NCBI GenBank assembly: GCA_964612125.1
Contig: CAZTBS010000001.1
Coordinates: 10,900 to 74,899 of the forward strand
From: an uncultured Leucobacter sp.
Lineage (GTDB): Bacteria; Actinomycetota; Actinomycetes; Actinomycetales; Microbacteriaceae
Reading direction: 5' to 3'
Length of the DNA: 64,000 bases
This document shows positions 1 to 10,421 of the stretch, in pieces. The position numbers and the translations under genes were made by a program. Position 1 is the stretch's first letter. Every line of letters begins with the position of its first letter. The notes beneath the pieces were generated by a model. It searched no databases, was not told where the DNA came from, and saw only the letters and a program-made list of their open reading frames with translations.

Positions 1-379
1 TGTCGGCTGAAGATACAAGATCGAGCTGACTGGCGCCGGATATGGCGGTGATTTCAGCAAGTTTTCCGGATGCCGCCTGCACCGGCCCGCTCAGCACCCC
101 AACACTCATTGCCGCAATGCCGGCTCCCAGACCCGTGATCAGTACACCCAAGACCCACCGAAAGACTCGCCCCGCAATGGTGAGTGCCAGGGCTGCCGCA
201 AGTACCGCGATTGCCACCGGGGACAGTGAGGCATTGAGATCTTGACCGGACACCAGCAGCATGTCTGTCGCCGCTGCACCCTCAATGAGGCGCAAGGCCA
301 CCCAAGTCTGCGTGGCTGACACCAACGCGAGTGCCCCGCCCAGGGCAACCAAACCCAGCAGCGGCAGCTTGCTACGCAC
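1..379 (-). CDS. Trp-cluster-associated integral membrane protein (TIGR02234-like); 3' end lies beyond the window edge
   Basis: Absent from the ORF track because no stop lies in the window. My minus-strand translation from GTG at 379-377 reads VRSKLPLLGLVALGGALALVSATQTWVALRLIEGAAATDMLLVSGQDLNASLSPVAIAVLAAALALTIAGRVFRWVLGVLITGLGAGIAAMSVGVLSGP..., with several hydrophobic helices. The GTG overlaps the trpE stop (TAG 374-372). This is the position of the conserved membrane protein that follows trpE in actinobacterial trp clusters. Confidence 0.7.
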   Translation of the reverse strand, partial: MRSKLPLLGLVALGGALALVSATQTWVALRLIEGAAATDMLLVSGQDLNASLSPVAIAVLAAALALTIAGRVFRWVLGVLITGLGAGIAAMSVGVLSGPVQAASGKLAEITAISGASQLDLVSSAD

Positions 380-1922
380 TGGTCTTATCCAGACGCTGCA
401 GGGTGTTTGCGATCGCTACTGCGCGCAGTGGCGCGGCCGCCTTGTTCCGCGATTCCTGATCCTCGAGCATTGGCACGGAATCGGCGACAATCCCGCCGCC
501 AGCCTGCACCATCGCCACCCCATCGACGATCGTTGCCGTGCGAATGGCGATGGCGAGATCCGCCGCGCCCGCCAAACCGAAGTAGCCCACCACACCGCCG
601 TAAACACCGCGTTGCACCGGCTCGAGCTCATCAATAATCTGCAGCGCTCGCGGCTTCGGCGCGCCAGAGAGCGTGCCTGCCGGGAAGGTCGCACGCAGAG
701 CATCCACCGAGTTCTGATCGGGACGCAGCTGACCCTCCACCGTCGAGACGATGTGCATGATGTGGCTAAAGCGTTCAATGCGCATAAACTCGGTCACTTC
801 CACGCTGTGCGGCTCACATACGCGCAGGAGGTCGTTGCGCGCGAGATCCACCAGCATCAAGTGTTCGGCGCGTTCTTTCTCATCGGCGAGCAGCTCACGC
901 TCGTGCTGCTGATCTTCATCAACTGTCGCACCGCGCGGACGCGAACCGGCGATGGGATGCGTAAGCACATGCCCGTTCTCTTGCACGGTGACCAGCGCTT
1001 CCGGACTCGACCCCACCACCGCAAAGGAGCGCCCCTGCGAGTCTTCAAGCTGCAGAAGATACAGGTAGGGGCTGGGGTTCAGGTGACGCAGCACACGATA
1101 CACATCAAGTGGATCCGCCGTGCACTCTTGATCAAAGCGCTGCGACAGCACCACCTGAAAAATATCGCCATCAACGATGTACTGCTTCGAACGTTCAACC
1201 CCGGCGAGGTAGTCCGCTTCGGGTGTGAGACGCACGGGGTCAGGAAGGGCACTGCGATCAAGCACTGCGAGCGGTGAAGCCAGCGGGGCCGCCAGCGCTC
1301 GCTCGAGGCCATTCAGTCGCTCCTGCGCATCAAGCCATTGCGCATCCGCGTCTGCGGCGGCGGCATCATTCAGCACATTCGCCACCAGCACCACAGCGCC
1401 GTCACGGTGATCGATCACCACGAGCTCGGACACAAAACTCAGGCTCTGCGTGGGCAGGCCCGGCCCGTGCGCCGGACCGTGCTCGAGACGCTCAAACTGA
1501 CGCACCGTGTCCCAGCCCAGATACCCGACGAAACCACTCACCAGCGGAGGGAGGTGCGGCGTTGGCTGCTGCCGCCAACGATCGACAACCGCACGCAATG
1601 CTTCGGCAGGCGCGAGTTCCGCGACACCGCCGGGCAAGAGGCGATCGGCCGTCAGCGATTTCTCTGCGTCGGGTACCCAGTGTGCGTGACCGTCACGTTC
1701 GGTGAGCACTCCGAAGCTTCCCGCCCCGACGAAGCTGAAACGTGTCCACACGCCACCTTGCTCAGCAGACTCGAGGAGGAACGTTCCGCTGCGAGATCCG
1801 GCAACCTTGCGATAAATGCTGACCGGCGTATCTGCATCGGCGAAGATCTCGCGGCATACAGGGATGACTGAGTGGGTGGCGCGAGCCTGATCAAAATCGG
1901 CGCGTGACGTGGTGAGATTCAC
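372..1922 (-). CDS. trpE: Anthranilate synthase component I
   Basis: 516 aa with chorismate-binding enzyme motifs (SPEALV, HPIAGSRPRG, ERAEHLMLVDLARNDL, GAPKPRA, GGGIVADS). GTG start at 1922. Confidence 0.95.
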   Translation of the reverse strand: MNLTTSRADFDQARATHSVIPVCREIFADADTPVSIYRKVAGSRSGTFLLESAEQGGVWTRFSFVGAGSFGVLTERDGHAHWVPDAEKSLTADRLLPGGVAELAPAEALRAVVDRWRQQPTPHLPPLVSGFVGYLGWDTVRQFERLEHGPAHGPGLPTQSLSFVSELVVIDHRDGAVVLVANVLNDAAAADADAQWLDAQERLNGLERALAAPLASPLAVLDRSALPDPVRLTPEADYLAGVERSKQYIVDGDIFQVVLSQRFDQECTADPLDVYRVLRHLNPSPYLYLLQLEDSQGRSFAVVGSSPEALVTVQENGHVLTHPIAGSRPRGATVDEDQQHERELLADEKERAEHLMLVDLARNDLLRVCEPHSVEVTEFMRIERFSHIMHIVSTVEGQLRPDQNSVDALRATFPAGTLSGAPKPRALQIIDELEPVQRGVYGGVVGYFGLAGAADLAIAIRTATIVDGVAMVQAGGGIVADSVPMLEDQESRNKAAAPLRAVAIANTLQRLDKTSA

Positions 1923-1975
1923 CGCTCCAGCCTATCGTGCGGCCGCGGTGCGTCTGCGTGTGGTGATATGTGGGG

Positions 1976-2362
1976 TCAGGCGTCGCGGCCAGGCTCACCC
2001 AGCACCGCGGGCACCTCGCGCGCCACAAAACAACTCCGGGCGCCAGTGTGGCACGCGGCGCCGAGCTGCACCACGCGCACCAACAGTGTGTCAGCATCGC
2101 AATCCATGGCAACGCTGCGCACGTACTGACGGTGGCCAGAGGTGTCCCCCTTGCGCCAGTACTCCTGACGTGAGCGCGACCAAAAGGTAACTCTGCCCGT
2201 GGTGAGGGTGCGACGCACCGCCTCACGATCCATCCACGCCAGCATCAGCACGTCACCAGACTCATCGTCTTGGATGATCGCGGGCAACAGGCCAGCCTCG
2301 CCAAACACCAAAGAGTCGAGCACGGGATCCACCCCGGCTGATGACCCCGCAACATCACTCAT
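1976..2362 (-). CDS. hisI: Phosphoribosyl-AMP cyclohydrolase
   Basis: 128 aa with [26 protein letters not shown] and [17 protein letters not shown]. Its ATG overlaps the hisF stop (ATGA at 2359-2362). Confidence 0.95.
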   Translation of the reverse strand: MSDVAGSSAGVDPVLDSLVFGEAGLLPAIIQDDESGDVLMLAWMDREAVRRTLTTGRVTFWSRSRQEYWRKGDTSGHRQYVRSVAMDCDADTLLVRVVQLGAACHTGARSCFVAREVPAVLGEPGRDA

Positions 2363-3141
2363 GCGCCAGCCTCGGTCAGGCGCACCTCATAGCCGGCATC
2401 AGCGAGTGTCTGCTTGACCTGCCCGACCGTGAAGGTACCGTCATGGAAGACCGACGCCGCAAGCACCGCGTCTGCCCCGGCAGCAACGGCAGGGGGGAAA
2501 TGCTCGAGCTTCCCCGCACCACCCGACGCGATGACTGGTACCGTGCAGAGCTCCCGCACACGTTCAATCAGTTCGAGGTCGAATCCGGCCAGGGTTCCGT
2601 CAGCATCCATCGAGTTGACGAGCAGTTCGCCAGCGCCGCGCTGCACCACCTCACGTGACCACTCGAGCGCGTCAAGATCGCTCTCAGTGCGCCCGCCGTG
2701 AGTGGTCACCACAAATCCTGAAGGCATGCGAGAGCTGCGCTTAATGTCGAGTGACAGCACCAGCACCTGCGAACCAAAACGGTCCGCGATCTCGTCAATC
2801 AGCGCGGGCCGGGCGATCGCAGCACTGTTCACCCCGACCTTGTCAGCACCGACGCCTAGCAATCGGGCGACGTCGTCGCCGCTGCGCACACCGCCGCCGA
2901 CCGTCAGCGGAATGAATACTTGCTCCGCGGTGCGACGCACCACATCGTAGGTGGTGCTACGGTCATCCACCGTTGCGGTGACATCAAGGAAGGTGAGTTC
3001 GTCTGCTCCCTGCTCGGCGTAGCGGGCAGCCAACTCCACCGGGTCGCCCGCATCGCGAAGATTGAGGAAGTTCACGCCCTTCACCACACGCCCAGCAGCC
3101 ACATCCAGGCACGGGATCACCCGCACTGCGACCGACATCAC
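2359..3141 (-). CDS. hisF: Imidazole glycerol phosphate synthase cyclase subunit
   Basis: 260 aa with [40 protein letters not shown] and VIASGGAG. The start overlaps the hisG stop; an alternative ATG lies at 3138. Confidence 0.95.
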   Translation of the reverse strand: MMSVAVRVIPCLDVAAGRVVKGVNFLNLRDAGDPVELAARYAEQGADELTFLDVTATVDDRSTTYDVVRRTAEQVFIPLTVGGGVRSGDDVARLLGVGADKVGVNSAAIARPALIDEIADRFGSQVLVLSLDIKRSSRMPSGFVVTTHGGRTESDLDALEWSREVVQRGAGELLVNSMDADGTLAGFDLELIERVRELCTVPVIASGGAGKLEHFPPAVAAGADAVLAASVFHDGTFTVGQVKQTLADAGYEVRLTEAGA

Positions 3142-3980
3142 AGCCTCGCGGCGTGGATCGCGGTGACGAGGATCGCGCGCGCACCGAGATCGGCAAGCTG
3201 ATCCATCACATCGTTGGCTTCGTCGGCGAGCACCATCACCCGCACGGCCACCCAGCCGTCCTCGCGTAGCGGCGAAACGGTGGGAGATTCAATACCTGGG
3301 GCGATCGCCACGGCAGCTTCAAGTTTGGATTCTTCGAGGTCATAGTCCATCAACACGAACTTCCGAGCCACCAGCACGCCGCGCAGACGCCGGATCAGCC
3401 GATCCACGCCGTCTTGGTGCTTGGGTCCACCAATCAACACGGCAGTAGATTCCAGGATCACCGGCCCGAAGATTGCGAGGCCGGCGGCCTGCAAAGTGGC
3501 ACCGGTAGACACAACATCAGCGACAGCATCCGCCACTCCCAGCTGTACTGCCGATTCAACCGCTCCATCGAGCTTCACCGTGACCGCTTCGACCCCTCGC
3601 TGACGGAGGAAGTCGTCGACCAACTTCGGATAGCTCGTAGCCACGCGCAACCCAGCAAGCTGCGCAATGTCGGTGATACCGGAGTTATGCGGTGCGGCAA
3701 ACCGGAAGGTCGAGTCACCGAAATCGAGGTGGGCGATCTCGCGTGCTTCTGAGCCACTATCGAGCAACAGGTCGCGACCGGTAATTCCGACGTCCAACGC
3801 CCCTGATCCCACGTAGGTCGCAATATCTCGCGGACGCAGGTAGAAAAACTCGATGTCATTCCGCGTATCGCGGTGCACCAGTTTTCGATTGTCGCGCCGA
3901 CCGCTGTAGCCAGCTTCGCTGAGCATTTCGGCGGCAATCTCTGACAGAGAGCCCTTATTCGGAACCGCGACGCGGAGCAT
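3138..3980 (-). CDS. hisG: ATP phosphoribosyltransferase (long form)
   Basis: The ORF-track ORF is 3138..4022. I prefer the internal ATG at 3980 ([14 protein letters not shown]...), which is preceded by GGGAAGGA. About 280 aa with a C-terminal regulatory domain. Confidence 0.9.
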   Translation of the reverse strand: MLRVAVPNKGSLSEIAAEMLSEAGYSGRRDNRKLVHRDTRNDIEFFYLRPRDIATYVGSGALDVGITGRDLLLDSGSEAREIAHLDFGDSTFRFAAPHNSGITDIAQLAGLRVATSYPKLVDDFLRQRGVEAVTVKLDGAVESAVQLGVADAVADVVSTGATLQAAGLAIFGPVILESTAVLIGGPKHQDGVDRLIRRLRGVLVARKFVLMDYDLEESKLEAAVAIAPGIESPTVSPLREDGWVAVRVMVLADEANDVMDQLADLGARAILVTAIHAARL

Positions 3981-4086
3981 GTGGAATCCTTCCCTGGAGG
4001 CCGCGAAGCGGCCGAATCTCATGTGAGCACATCAGCGGCTGGCCCAGCGTGGCATGCGGCAGACCCGACGACCACCCGCACCGTCG

Positions 4087-4350
4087 CTAGAGATGACGGT
4101 AGACATCCTGCAGCGTGATGCCTTTGGCGAGCATCAACACCTGCAGGTGGTAGAGCAGTTGGCTGATCTCCTCGGCGCACGCGGCATCACTCTCGTACTC
4201 GGCAGCCATCCACACCTCGGCAGCTTCCTCGACAATCTTCTTGCCGATGCTGTGTACCCCGGCATCCAGCCGCGCAACAGTGTCACTGCCAGCAGGCCGA
4301 GTTGTGGCCTTCTCACTGAGTTCGGCGAACAACGCCTCGAACGACTTCAC
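4087..4350 (-). CDS. hisE: Phosphoribosyl-ATP pyrophosphatase
   Basis: 87 aa MazG-like protein with [16 protein letters not shown] and [14 protein letters not shown], adjacent to hisG. Confidence 0.92.
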   Translation of the reverse strand: MKSFEALFAELSEKATTRPAGSDTVARLDAGVHSIGKKIVEEAAEVWMAAEYESDAACAEEISQLLYHLQVLMLAKGITLQDVYRHL

Positions 4351-4385
4351 GTGACCAGCGTACCGCCTCTCACCGACGCGCTGAA

Positions 4386-5048
4386 TCAGTGCTGGTGCGC
4401 GGCCGCTGCGACACGAAGCTCCGCGATGCGATCCTCCGGCACCCCACCGAACACCGCAGACCCTGCAACGAAGGTATCCGCGCCAGCCTCTGCCGCAACA
4501 CCAATCGTGTCGACGGTAATGCCGCCGTCCACCTGCAACCAGATATCCAGCCCGAGCCGCGCCTTCGCTTCGGCAACTCGCCGCAATTTCGGCATCATGT
4601 CAGGCATGAATTTCTGTCCACCGAAACCGGGTTCAACAGTCATGACGAGCAGTTGGTCAAACTCAGGCAGCAGGTCGAGGTAGGGTTCCGGATCGGTGCC
4701 GGGCTTCAGCGCCAGCCCAGCTCGAGCACCAATGTCGCGAATCCGTCGCGCAAGGGCCACCGGATCGGCGGCGGCTTCGGCGTGGAAGGTCACCGAATAT
4801 GCACCCAATTCTGCGTAACCGGGAGCCCAACGATCTGCGTCTGCAATCATCAGGTGCACATCGAGCGGAATCGGAGAGACGTCCTGGATGCGCGAGACGA
4901 TCGGCGGACCCATGGTCAGGTTCGGCACGAAGTGATTGTCCATCACGTCAACGTGCACGAGATCTGCCGTCTGAATACGTTCAAGCTCGTGCTGCAGGTT
5001 CACGAAGTCGGCGGAAAGAATACTCGGGTTGATGCGCTGCGCGGTCAC
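4386..5048 (-). CDS. rpe: Ribulose-phosphate 3-epimerase
   Basis: 220 aa with [37 protein letters not shown] and VDGGI. Its GTG start overlaps the stop of the upstream MFS gene (GTGA 5045-5048). Confidence 0.95.
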   Translation of the reverse strand: MTAQRINPSILSADFVNLQHELERIQTADLVHVDVMDNHFVPNLTMGPPIVSRIQDVSPIPLDVHLMIADADRWAPGYAELGAYSVTFHAEAAADPVALARRIRDIGARAGLALKPGTDPEPYLDLLPEFDQLLVMTVEPGFGGQKFMPDMMPKLRRVAEAKARLGLDIWLQVDGGITVDTIGVAAEAGADTFVAGSAVFGGVPEDRIAELRVAAAAHQH

Positions 5049-6433
5049 CCATCAAGTGTACGGTGCGCTTCCACGGGTGGATCACCGCTATCGACCAGCT
5101 CCGCTCCACTGGGCGCCGCTGCCGCGTAACTCGCGCTGAGGGTTCGATAGGCGCGTGTCGTAAAAGCAAGGAGCCCCAAGAGCATCATCGCGATCCCGGA
5201 CCAGAAAAAGATGAGCGCGATCCCGCGGCTGTCACCCGTCCCAAGCAAGGGCTCCCACAGCTCCTGCCCCGCTTTGGTCTGCATGTACGGCACGATCGCA
5301 AACTCAGCAATCGGTGCAATGACGAGCGAGGTGATCGGTGCAGCGGCAGCTTCGAAGGTCATTGCGAGCCCGAACACCCGACCCTGTGTGTCGTAGGGCA
5401 CCACGCGCTGAATGACAGTTTGTTCGGCTGCTTCGACGGCCGGCATCATCAGCATGAAGAGCCAGATTCCCACCACAAACAGCATTGGCCACTCCCGCAA
5501 GGTGAACACCGCGCCCAGAGCACCGATGCCGATGACCAGAAGCAGCATGGTGCGGATCGGGTTCTTTCCCAAGCCAAATTTGGCTACCAAGGCTCCCCCG
5601 ACAAGAAAACCCGTGCCAGCGGCACCAAACACAATTCCCCAGATCTCTACCGGGAACATGTCTAAACCGTAGGGGTCAAGCAGCGCCATGTAGACGCCGC
5701 CGCCCAGGTTATTCAGGGTGGTGAACAGGATTAAGCCAAGCAATCCCGGCACCGCGAGGATGGCCAGCATGCCACCCCGAAAATCGATTGCGCGACGATT
5801 CGGATCGTGCACAATTTCAGGTTCGGGGACCCGCAGCAGATGGAGGTGCACGAGCGGGGCGGCGGTGAGTATCAGCGCGATCAGCATGGTCAGCGTCATT
5901 CCGAGCAGGCCGATCGAGAGACCGCTGAACACGCTCGTCACAATGAAGGCCAGGCCCTGCACCATGCCCACTAAGCCGTTTGCGTTGGCGTGTCGCTCGT
6001 CGGGGACCAGCAACGTCACGGTGGTGGCCAAGGCAAGATTGCGCAGGAGTTCAACCACGCACCCGGCCAGCAAGCTCACCGTGAACACCCAGAACCATGC
6101 ACCGTCGAGGCGGAGCAAGCTCTCTTGCGGCACCAGCAGGAAGATGACGGTTCCGATCAGGAAGGTCACCAGGGTGATCCACCCAGAGAGCAGCATCACG
6201 CGCCGCTTGCGTAACCGATCAACCAGCGAACCGAACCACATCGAGCACACCGCGAGCAGGATCATGTAGGCGCCGCCCAGCACACCGGTCGCCAAAATGC
6301 TGCGCGTCTCGAGGTACACCCAGAAAACGAGCGCAAACCACAGGTAATTGGTGGTGAGGTTCGCGACGGCGGTATTGGCGAGCAAATGCGCGAAGGTGCG
6401 CATGCCCCCGACCGGTGGTGTGTGCGAGCTCAT
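5045..6433 (-). CDS. MFS transporter (MFS_3 / EntS-like class), substrate unknown
   Basis: 462 aa with about 12 hydrophobic helices and a typical MFS loop ([14 protein letters not shown]). No more specific assignment is possible from sequence alone. Confidence 0.8.
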   Translation of the reverse strand: MSSHTPPVGGMRTFAHLLANTAVANLTTNYLWFALVFWVYLETRSILATGVLGGAYMILLAVCSMWFGSLVDRLRKRRVMLLSGWITLVTFLIGTVIFLLVPQESLLRLDGAWFWVFTVSLLAGCVVELLRNLALATTVTLLVPDERHANANGLVGMVQGLAFIVTSVFSGLSIGLLGMTLTMLIALILTAAPLVHLHLLRVPEPEIVHDPNRRAIDFRGGMLAILAVPGLLGLILFTTLNNLGGGVYMALLDPYGLDMFPVEIWGIVFGAAGTGFLVGGALVAKFGLGKNPIRTMLLLVIGIGALGAVFTLREWPMLFVVGIWLFMLMMPAVEAAEQTVIQRVVPYDTQGRVFGLAMTFEAAAAPITSLVIAPIAEFAIVPYMQTKAGQELWEPLLGTGDSRGIALIFFWSGIAMMLLGLLAFTTRAYRTLSASYAAAAPSGAELVDSGDPPVEAHRTLDG

Positions 6434-6478
6434 GCCCCCAGCGTAGGTTGCTGACCGCTCGAACGCGATGCGCAGTCG

Positions 6479-7573
6479 TTAGCTGGCGATCTCCTGGTAC
6501 GCAAAATGCAGCATCGACTCCTCAACGCCAGCAAGCACGCGAGGCTTTGCGATGTCGTCAAGCACAATAAAGCGCAGCATGCCCGCCCGCGCTTTCTTGT
6601 CACGCTGCATAGTGGCGAGCAAGCCTTCCCAGCGGCCCGCGGGGTACGTGAGCGGCAGGCCCAGAGCGCTCAGCACCGTGCGGTGCCGTTCCACCGCGGC
6701 GTCAGACAGTGACCCTGCCATACGTCCGAGCTCAGCGGCATACATCATGCCGATCGAAACTGCCACGCCATGGCGCCACTGGTAGCGCTCAGCATGCTCA
6801 ATTGCGTGCCCCAAGGTATGGCCGTAATTCAGGATCTCGCGCAGCCCGCCCTCGCGGAAATCTTCTGAGACAACACGCGCCTTCACGCCAATGGACAGCT
6901 CAACCAGGCGCCGAAACTCATCAGTGCTGGGATCGGTGGCGCGATCCACATCGCGTTCAATGATGTCGAGAATCTCGGGCTCTGCGATAAAGCCATACTT
7001 CGCAACCTCGGCATAACCTGCCAGAATCTCATTCTTCGGCAGCGTCTGCAGCAGATCGAGATCGCACAGCACCGCGTGCGGCGCGTAAAACGCACCCACG
7101 AGGTTCTTCCCCTCAGCGGTGTTAATACCGGTCTTTCCACCGACGGCAGCGTCAACCATGCCCAGCACCGTGGTCGGAATCTGCACCAAGCGCACCCCGC
7201 GAAGCCAAGTGGCCGCGACGAAGCCAGCCAAATCGGTCACCGCTCCCCCGCCGAGACCAATGACCGCGTCAGTGCGCGTGAAATCAGCCTGCCCCAGGAT
7301 TTGCCAACAGAAAGCGGCCACCTCCACGCGCTTCGCAGATTCTGCGTCGGGAACCTCAGCGAGCAATACCTGTCCGAACCGCTGCTGCAATTCCTGGCGA
7401 AGCTCATCCGCCAAGCGCCCGACCGTCGGCGTATGCACAATGAGTACCTTGTTGACCCGATCACCCAGGGCTGCGGCGACCTCCGGCATGAGGCTCCGAC
7501 CCACGGTGACTGTGTAGTCGCCCTCGCCGGTCACCGGGATCAGCGTAGGTGCGGTTGCAGAATGAACTGTCAT
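6479..7573 (-). CDS. aroB: 3-dehydroquinate synthase
   Basis: The ORF track extends to 7690, but the extension ([19 protein letters not shown]...) is compositionally implausible. The ATG at 7573 ([11 protein letters not shown]...) overlaps the aroK stop as ATGA. Motifs: GGGAVTDLAGFVAATWLRG, DAAVGGKTGIN, NYGHTLGHAIE. Confidence 0.93.
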   Translation of the reverse strand: MTVHSATAPTLIPVTGEGDYTVTVGRSLMPEVAAALGDRVNKVLIVHTPTVGRLADELRQELQQRFGQVLLAEVPDAESAKRVEVAAFCWQILGQADFTRTDAVIGLGGGAVTDLAGFVAATWLRGVRLVQIPTTVLGMVDAAVGGKTGINTAEGKNLVGAFYAPHAVLCDLDLLQTLPKNEILAGYAEVAKYGFIAEPEILDIIERDVDRATDPSTDEFRRLVELSIGVKARVVSEDFREGGLREILNYGHTLGHAIEHAERYQWRHGVAVSIGMMYAAELGRMAGSLSDAAVERHRTVLSALGLPLTYPAGRWEGLLATMQRDKKARAGMLRFIVLDDIAKPRVLAGVEESMLHFAYQEIAS

Positions 7574-8304
7574 GAGCGTAATGACCCGTCTTTCTCTGGG
7601 GGCGTCTCGGCTGCTGGGGTGCTCGCGGGGCGGGTGGCATTCTTGGTGGATCGGCCATACCGCGTGCTGACACTGCGGCCGCGAGCCCACTGCGCTACAC
7701 GGCGGGTCAGCTGTTCTTTGGTCGCGCGGTCAGTGCGAAAGGTGATGTCGGCAACCTCCTCGTAGAACGCCCGCCGAGACTCAAGGATGCGACCCCATGC
7801 TTCCGGGTCGTCGCGCAATAGCGGGCGTTTGTCGAGATTCGCCGTGCGTAGCACTGAGGCCTGCGTGGTCATCAGCAGCACCACCGGAAACTTCTGCAGG
7901 AGGTCACGCGTACGCGCCGTAATCACCGCTCCACCACCGAGTGCAACGATTCGCGTACCGGGTTGCGAAAGTTCAGCGGCAATCAGATCTGCCTCAATCT
8001 CACGAAACGCAGCTTCGCCGTGTTCGCTGAAGAAATCGGTGATTGGCCCGTGCAGTCGCGTAAACACGACATCGGTATCCACAAATGGCACACCGAGCTC
8101 CTTCGCAACGCGTCGCCCGAGACTGGTCTTTCCGGCAGCCATGGGCCCCACGAACACGATCGGGCAGTCGGGCAGGCGATGCTTCCGACGCCGACGCGAC
8201 AGGCGCTTCTTGCCGCTGCTCCGACCGGCAACGACCTGCACCGGTTGCGTCAGCGGCTGCTTCGGCGGGGTGGGAACAGGTCGCGTTACCGCGTCCTCGC
8301 TCAC
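7570..8304 (-). CDS. aroK: Shikimate kinase with basic, Pro-rich N- and C-terminal extensions
   Basis: P-loop [15 protein letters not shown] followed by VDTD. The GTG at 8304 overlaps the aroC stop (GTGA). About 50 residues precede the P-loop, and about 40 low-complexity residues follow the kinase core. Confidence 0.88.
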   Translation of the reverse strand: MSEDAVTRPVPTPPKQPLTQPVQVVAGRSSGKKRLSRRRRKHRLPDCPIVFVGPMAAGKTSLGRRVAKELGVPFVDTDVVFTRLHGPITDFFSEHGEAAFREIEADLIAAELSQPGTRIVALGGGAVITARTRDLLQKFPVVLLMTTQASVLRTANLDKRPLLRDDPEAWGRILESRRAFYEEVADITFRTDRATKEQLTRRVAQWARGRSVSTRYGRSTKNATRPASTPAAETPPEKDGSLRS

Positions 8305-9497
8305 GATTCGATGGTGGTAGTGAGTTTCTCGGGAATCGCAGCGAGGTACTGCTCGAGATTACGCTTGGTCTCCGCCACGCTGTCACCGCCAAACTTCTCG
8401 GTCACCGCGTCGGCAAGCACCAGCGCAACCATGGCTTCCGCAACAACTCCGGACGCCGGAACCGCTGAGACATCGCTGCGCTGATGGTGCGCCTTCGACT
8501 CCTCGCCCGTCACCACATCGATGGTCGGCAACGCGTTGGGTACGGTGGCAATGGGCTTCATACCCGCGCGCACGCGCAGCACCTGCCCCGTGGTCATCCC
8601 ACCTTCAATGCCGCCGGCTCGGTCGGTGTCGCGCACAATCTGGCCGTCACGCAGGTGCAACTCATCATGCGCGACTGAGCCACGCCTACGGGTCGTTTCG
8701 AAGCCGTCGCCCACTTCGACTGCCTTGATCGCCTGAATGCCCATCAGCGCACCCGCGAGTCGGGAATCAAGGCGACGATCCCAGTGCACGTATGAACCCA
8801 ACCCGGGTGGCAAACCGTAGGCCAGCACCTCGACGATGCCACCAATCGTGTCTCCCGACTTCTTGGTGTCGTCGACTTCGGTGATCATGCGGGCGCTCGT
8901 TGCCGGGTCAAAGCACCGCAGTGGATCCGCATCGAGCGTCGTGACATCTTCTGGACGAGGTAGCGGCGTATCCGCGGGGACGGTAACGGGGCCTACCGCA
9001 ATGGTGTGACTCACCAGGCGAATACCCAGCTCACCCAGAAACGCCCGCGCCACCGCGCCAAGTGCGACGCGCGCGGCGGTCTCACGAGCACTCGCACGCT
9101 CGAGGACGGGTCGCGCCTCATCGAAGCCGTATTTCTGCATCCCCGTAAGGTCGGCATGGCCGGGTCGAGGCCGGGTCAACGCGGCCCCGCGCCCCCGAGA
9201 TTTTTCAGAGAGCTCAGTGGGCTCGGCACTCATGACCTCTACCCACTTTGGCCATTCCGTGTTGCCGATACGAATCGCGATCGGACCGCCAATCGTACGG
9301 CCCTGCACCACACCGCCGGAGAAGTGCAGCTCGTCCTGTTCGAACTTCATACGCGAGCCGCGCCCGTACCCGAGCTTGCGACGAGCAAGATCTTCACGCA
9401 CCTGCTCGAGCAGAATCGGTACGCCCGCGGGCATTCCCTCCAAGACAGCAATGAGTTCTGGGCCGTGAGATTCTCCGGCCGTCAGCCAACGCAACAT
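8301..9497 (-). CDS. aroC: Chorismate synthase
   Basis: 398 aa with [28 protein letters not shown] and [10 protein letters not shown]. Confidence 0.96.
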   Translation of the reverse strand: MLRWLTAGESHGPELIAVLEGMPAGVPILLEQVREDLARRKLGYGRGSRMKFEQDELHFSGGVVQGRTIGGPIAIRIGNTEWPKWVEVMSAEPTELSEKSRGRGAALTRPRPGHADLTGMQKYGFDEARPVLERASARETAARVALGAVARAFLGELGIRLVSHTIAVGPVTVPADTPLPRPEDVTTLDADPLRCFDPATSARMITEVDDTKKSGDTIGGIVEVLAYGLPPGLGSYVHWDRRLDSRLAGALMGIQAIKAVEVGDGFETTRRRGSVAHDELHLRDGQIVRDTDRAGGIEGGMTTGQVLRVRAGMKPIATVPNALPTIDVVTGEESKAHHQRSDVSAVPASGVVAEAMVALVLADAVTEKFGGDSVAETKRNLEQYLAAIPEKLTTTIES

Positions 9498-9502
9498 GGG
9501 AT

Positions 9503-10399
9503 CTATCTTCCCACACCCGCATCACGCATCACGGCGAGCACGTGGGACTCGTTCTGCAAGTGAAAGCTGGGGTCACCACCCACGAAGATCCGCACCTGCA
9601 CCAGCGCCTGCTCGATGAGCATGTCAATCCCGGCGTGTGATTCGCCCCCTGCCTCCGCCCACCGACGTGCGAGGGGTGACGGCCAGGGGTCATATGCCAC
9701 ATCAAAGAGCGGCACCGTTGTCAATTCAGGCAGTAGCGGGACGGCCGTTCCTACCGTGCCCGGCAGCGTCGAGATGACGGCGGTTGCGCGCGCCAGGCGC
9801 GGGCGTAACCGCTCATCCAGTTCTGTGCTCTCCCAGGCTCCCCCCTGCGCATCAAGCGGTGGTTGATCTGAGGTCGTTCCAGAGGTGCCATCGAAACGGG
9901 CAGCAAGTTGCGCCGCGGCCTCACCACGCCGCGCAAGAATCGTCACCTCGGTGGCGCCCAGGTGCCTAGCAGCCAGCACCGCTGATACCGCGGTAGCTCC
10001 TGCACCGAGAACCACCACGCGCGTCAGCGTCAACCCGCTGTTCTGCAGCGCTGCGGCAAGTCCAGCAACGTCAGTGTTGAATCCGGCCCACTGCGGGCCA
10101 TGTGCCGTATCCATGAGCCGCAACAGGGTGTTCACCACCCCGCTCTCTTCCGCCATCGGATCACGCACGGTGCACAGTCGATGCGCCTCGATCTTCAGCG
10201 GCATCGTCACCGAAAAACCGCGCCATTCCGAGCCGCGGCTGGACAGGAACGCCGCGAGTTGAGATTCCGCAACACGCACTGCCGTGTACTTCCACGGCAG
10301 ACCAAGTTCCGCGTACGCCGCGCGGTGAATTCGGGGAGAACGAGAGTGGTGGATGGGATGCCCGAGCACCGCCAGGTGGCTCGGAATAGCCTGCAGCAT
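9503..10399 (-). CDS. aroE: Shikimate dehydrogenase
   Basis: The ORF track extends to 10537 and overlaps mltG. I prefer the ATG at 10399 ([25 protein letters not shown]...), which is preceded by CAGGAC. Motifs: [18 protein letters not shown]. Confidence 0.9.
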   Translation of the reverse strand: MLQAIPSHLAVLGHPIHHSRSPRIHRAAYAELGLPWKYTAVRVAESQLAAFLSSRGSEWRGFSVTMPLKIEAHRLCTVRDPMAEESGVVNTLLRLMDTAHGPQWAGFNTDVAGLAAALQNSGLTLTRVVVLGAGATAVSAVLAARHLGATEVTILARRGEAAAQLAARFDGTSGTTSDQPPLDAQGGAWESTELDERLRPRLARATAVISTLPGTVGTAVPLLPELTTVPLFDVAYDPWPSPLARRWAEAGGESHAGIDMLIEQALVQVRIFVGGDPSFHLQNESHVLAVMRDAGVGR

Positions 10400-10421
10400 A
10401 GACGCGTCCTGCTGTACTGGC

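Noticed and set aside
42-245. A 67-aa plus-strand ORF and a 69-aa minus-strand ORF (139..348) at the left edge.
   Set aside because: A different minus-strand frame, open to the window edge, encodes a convincing multi-TM protein directly coupled to trpE. The listed ORFs are out-of-frame or antisense shadows of it.
261-1277. A 338-aa plus-strand ORF antisense to trpE.
   Set aside because: It is a shadow ORF of a high-GC gene. Its composition is Arg/His/Cys-rich and implausible, with no recognisable domain, and the opposite strand encodes a clear TrpE.
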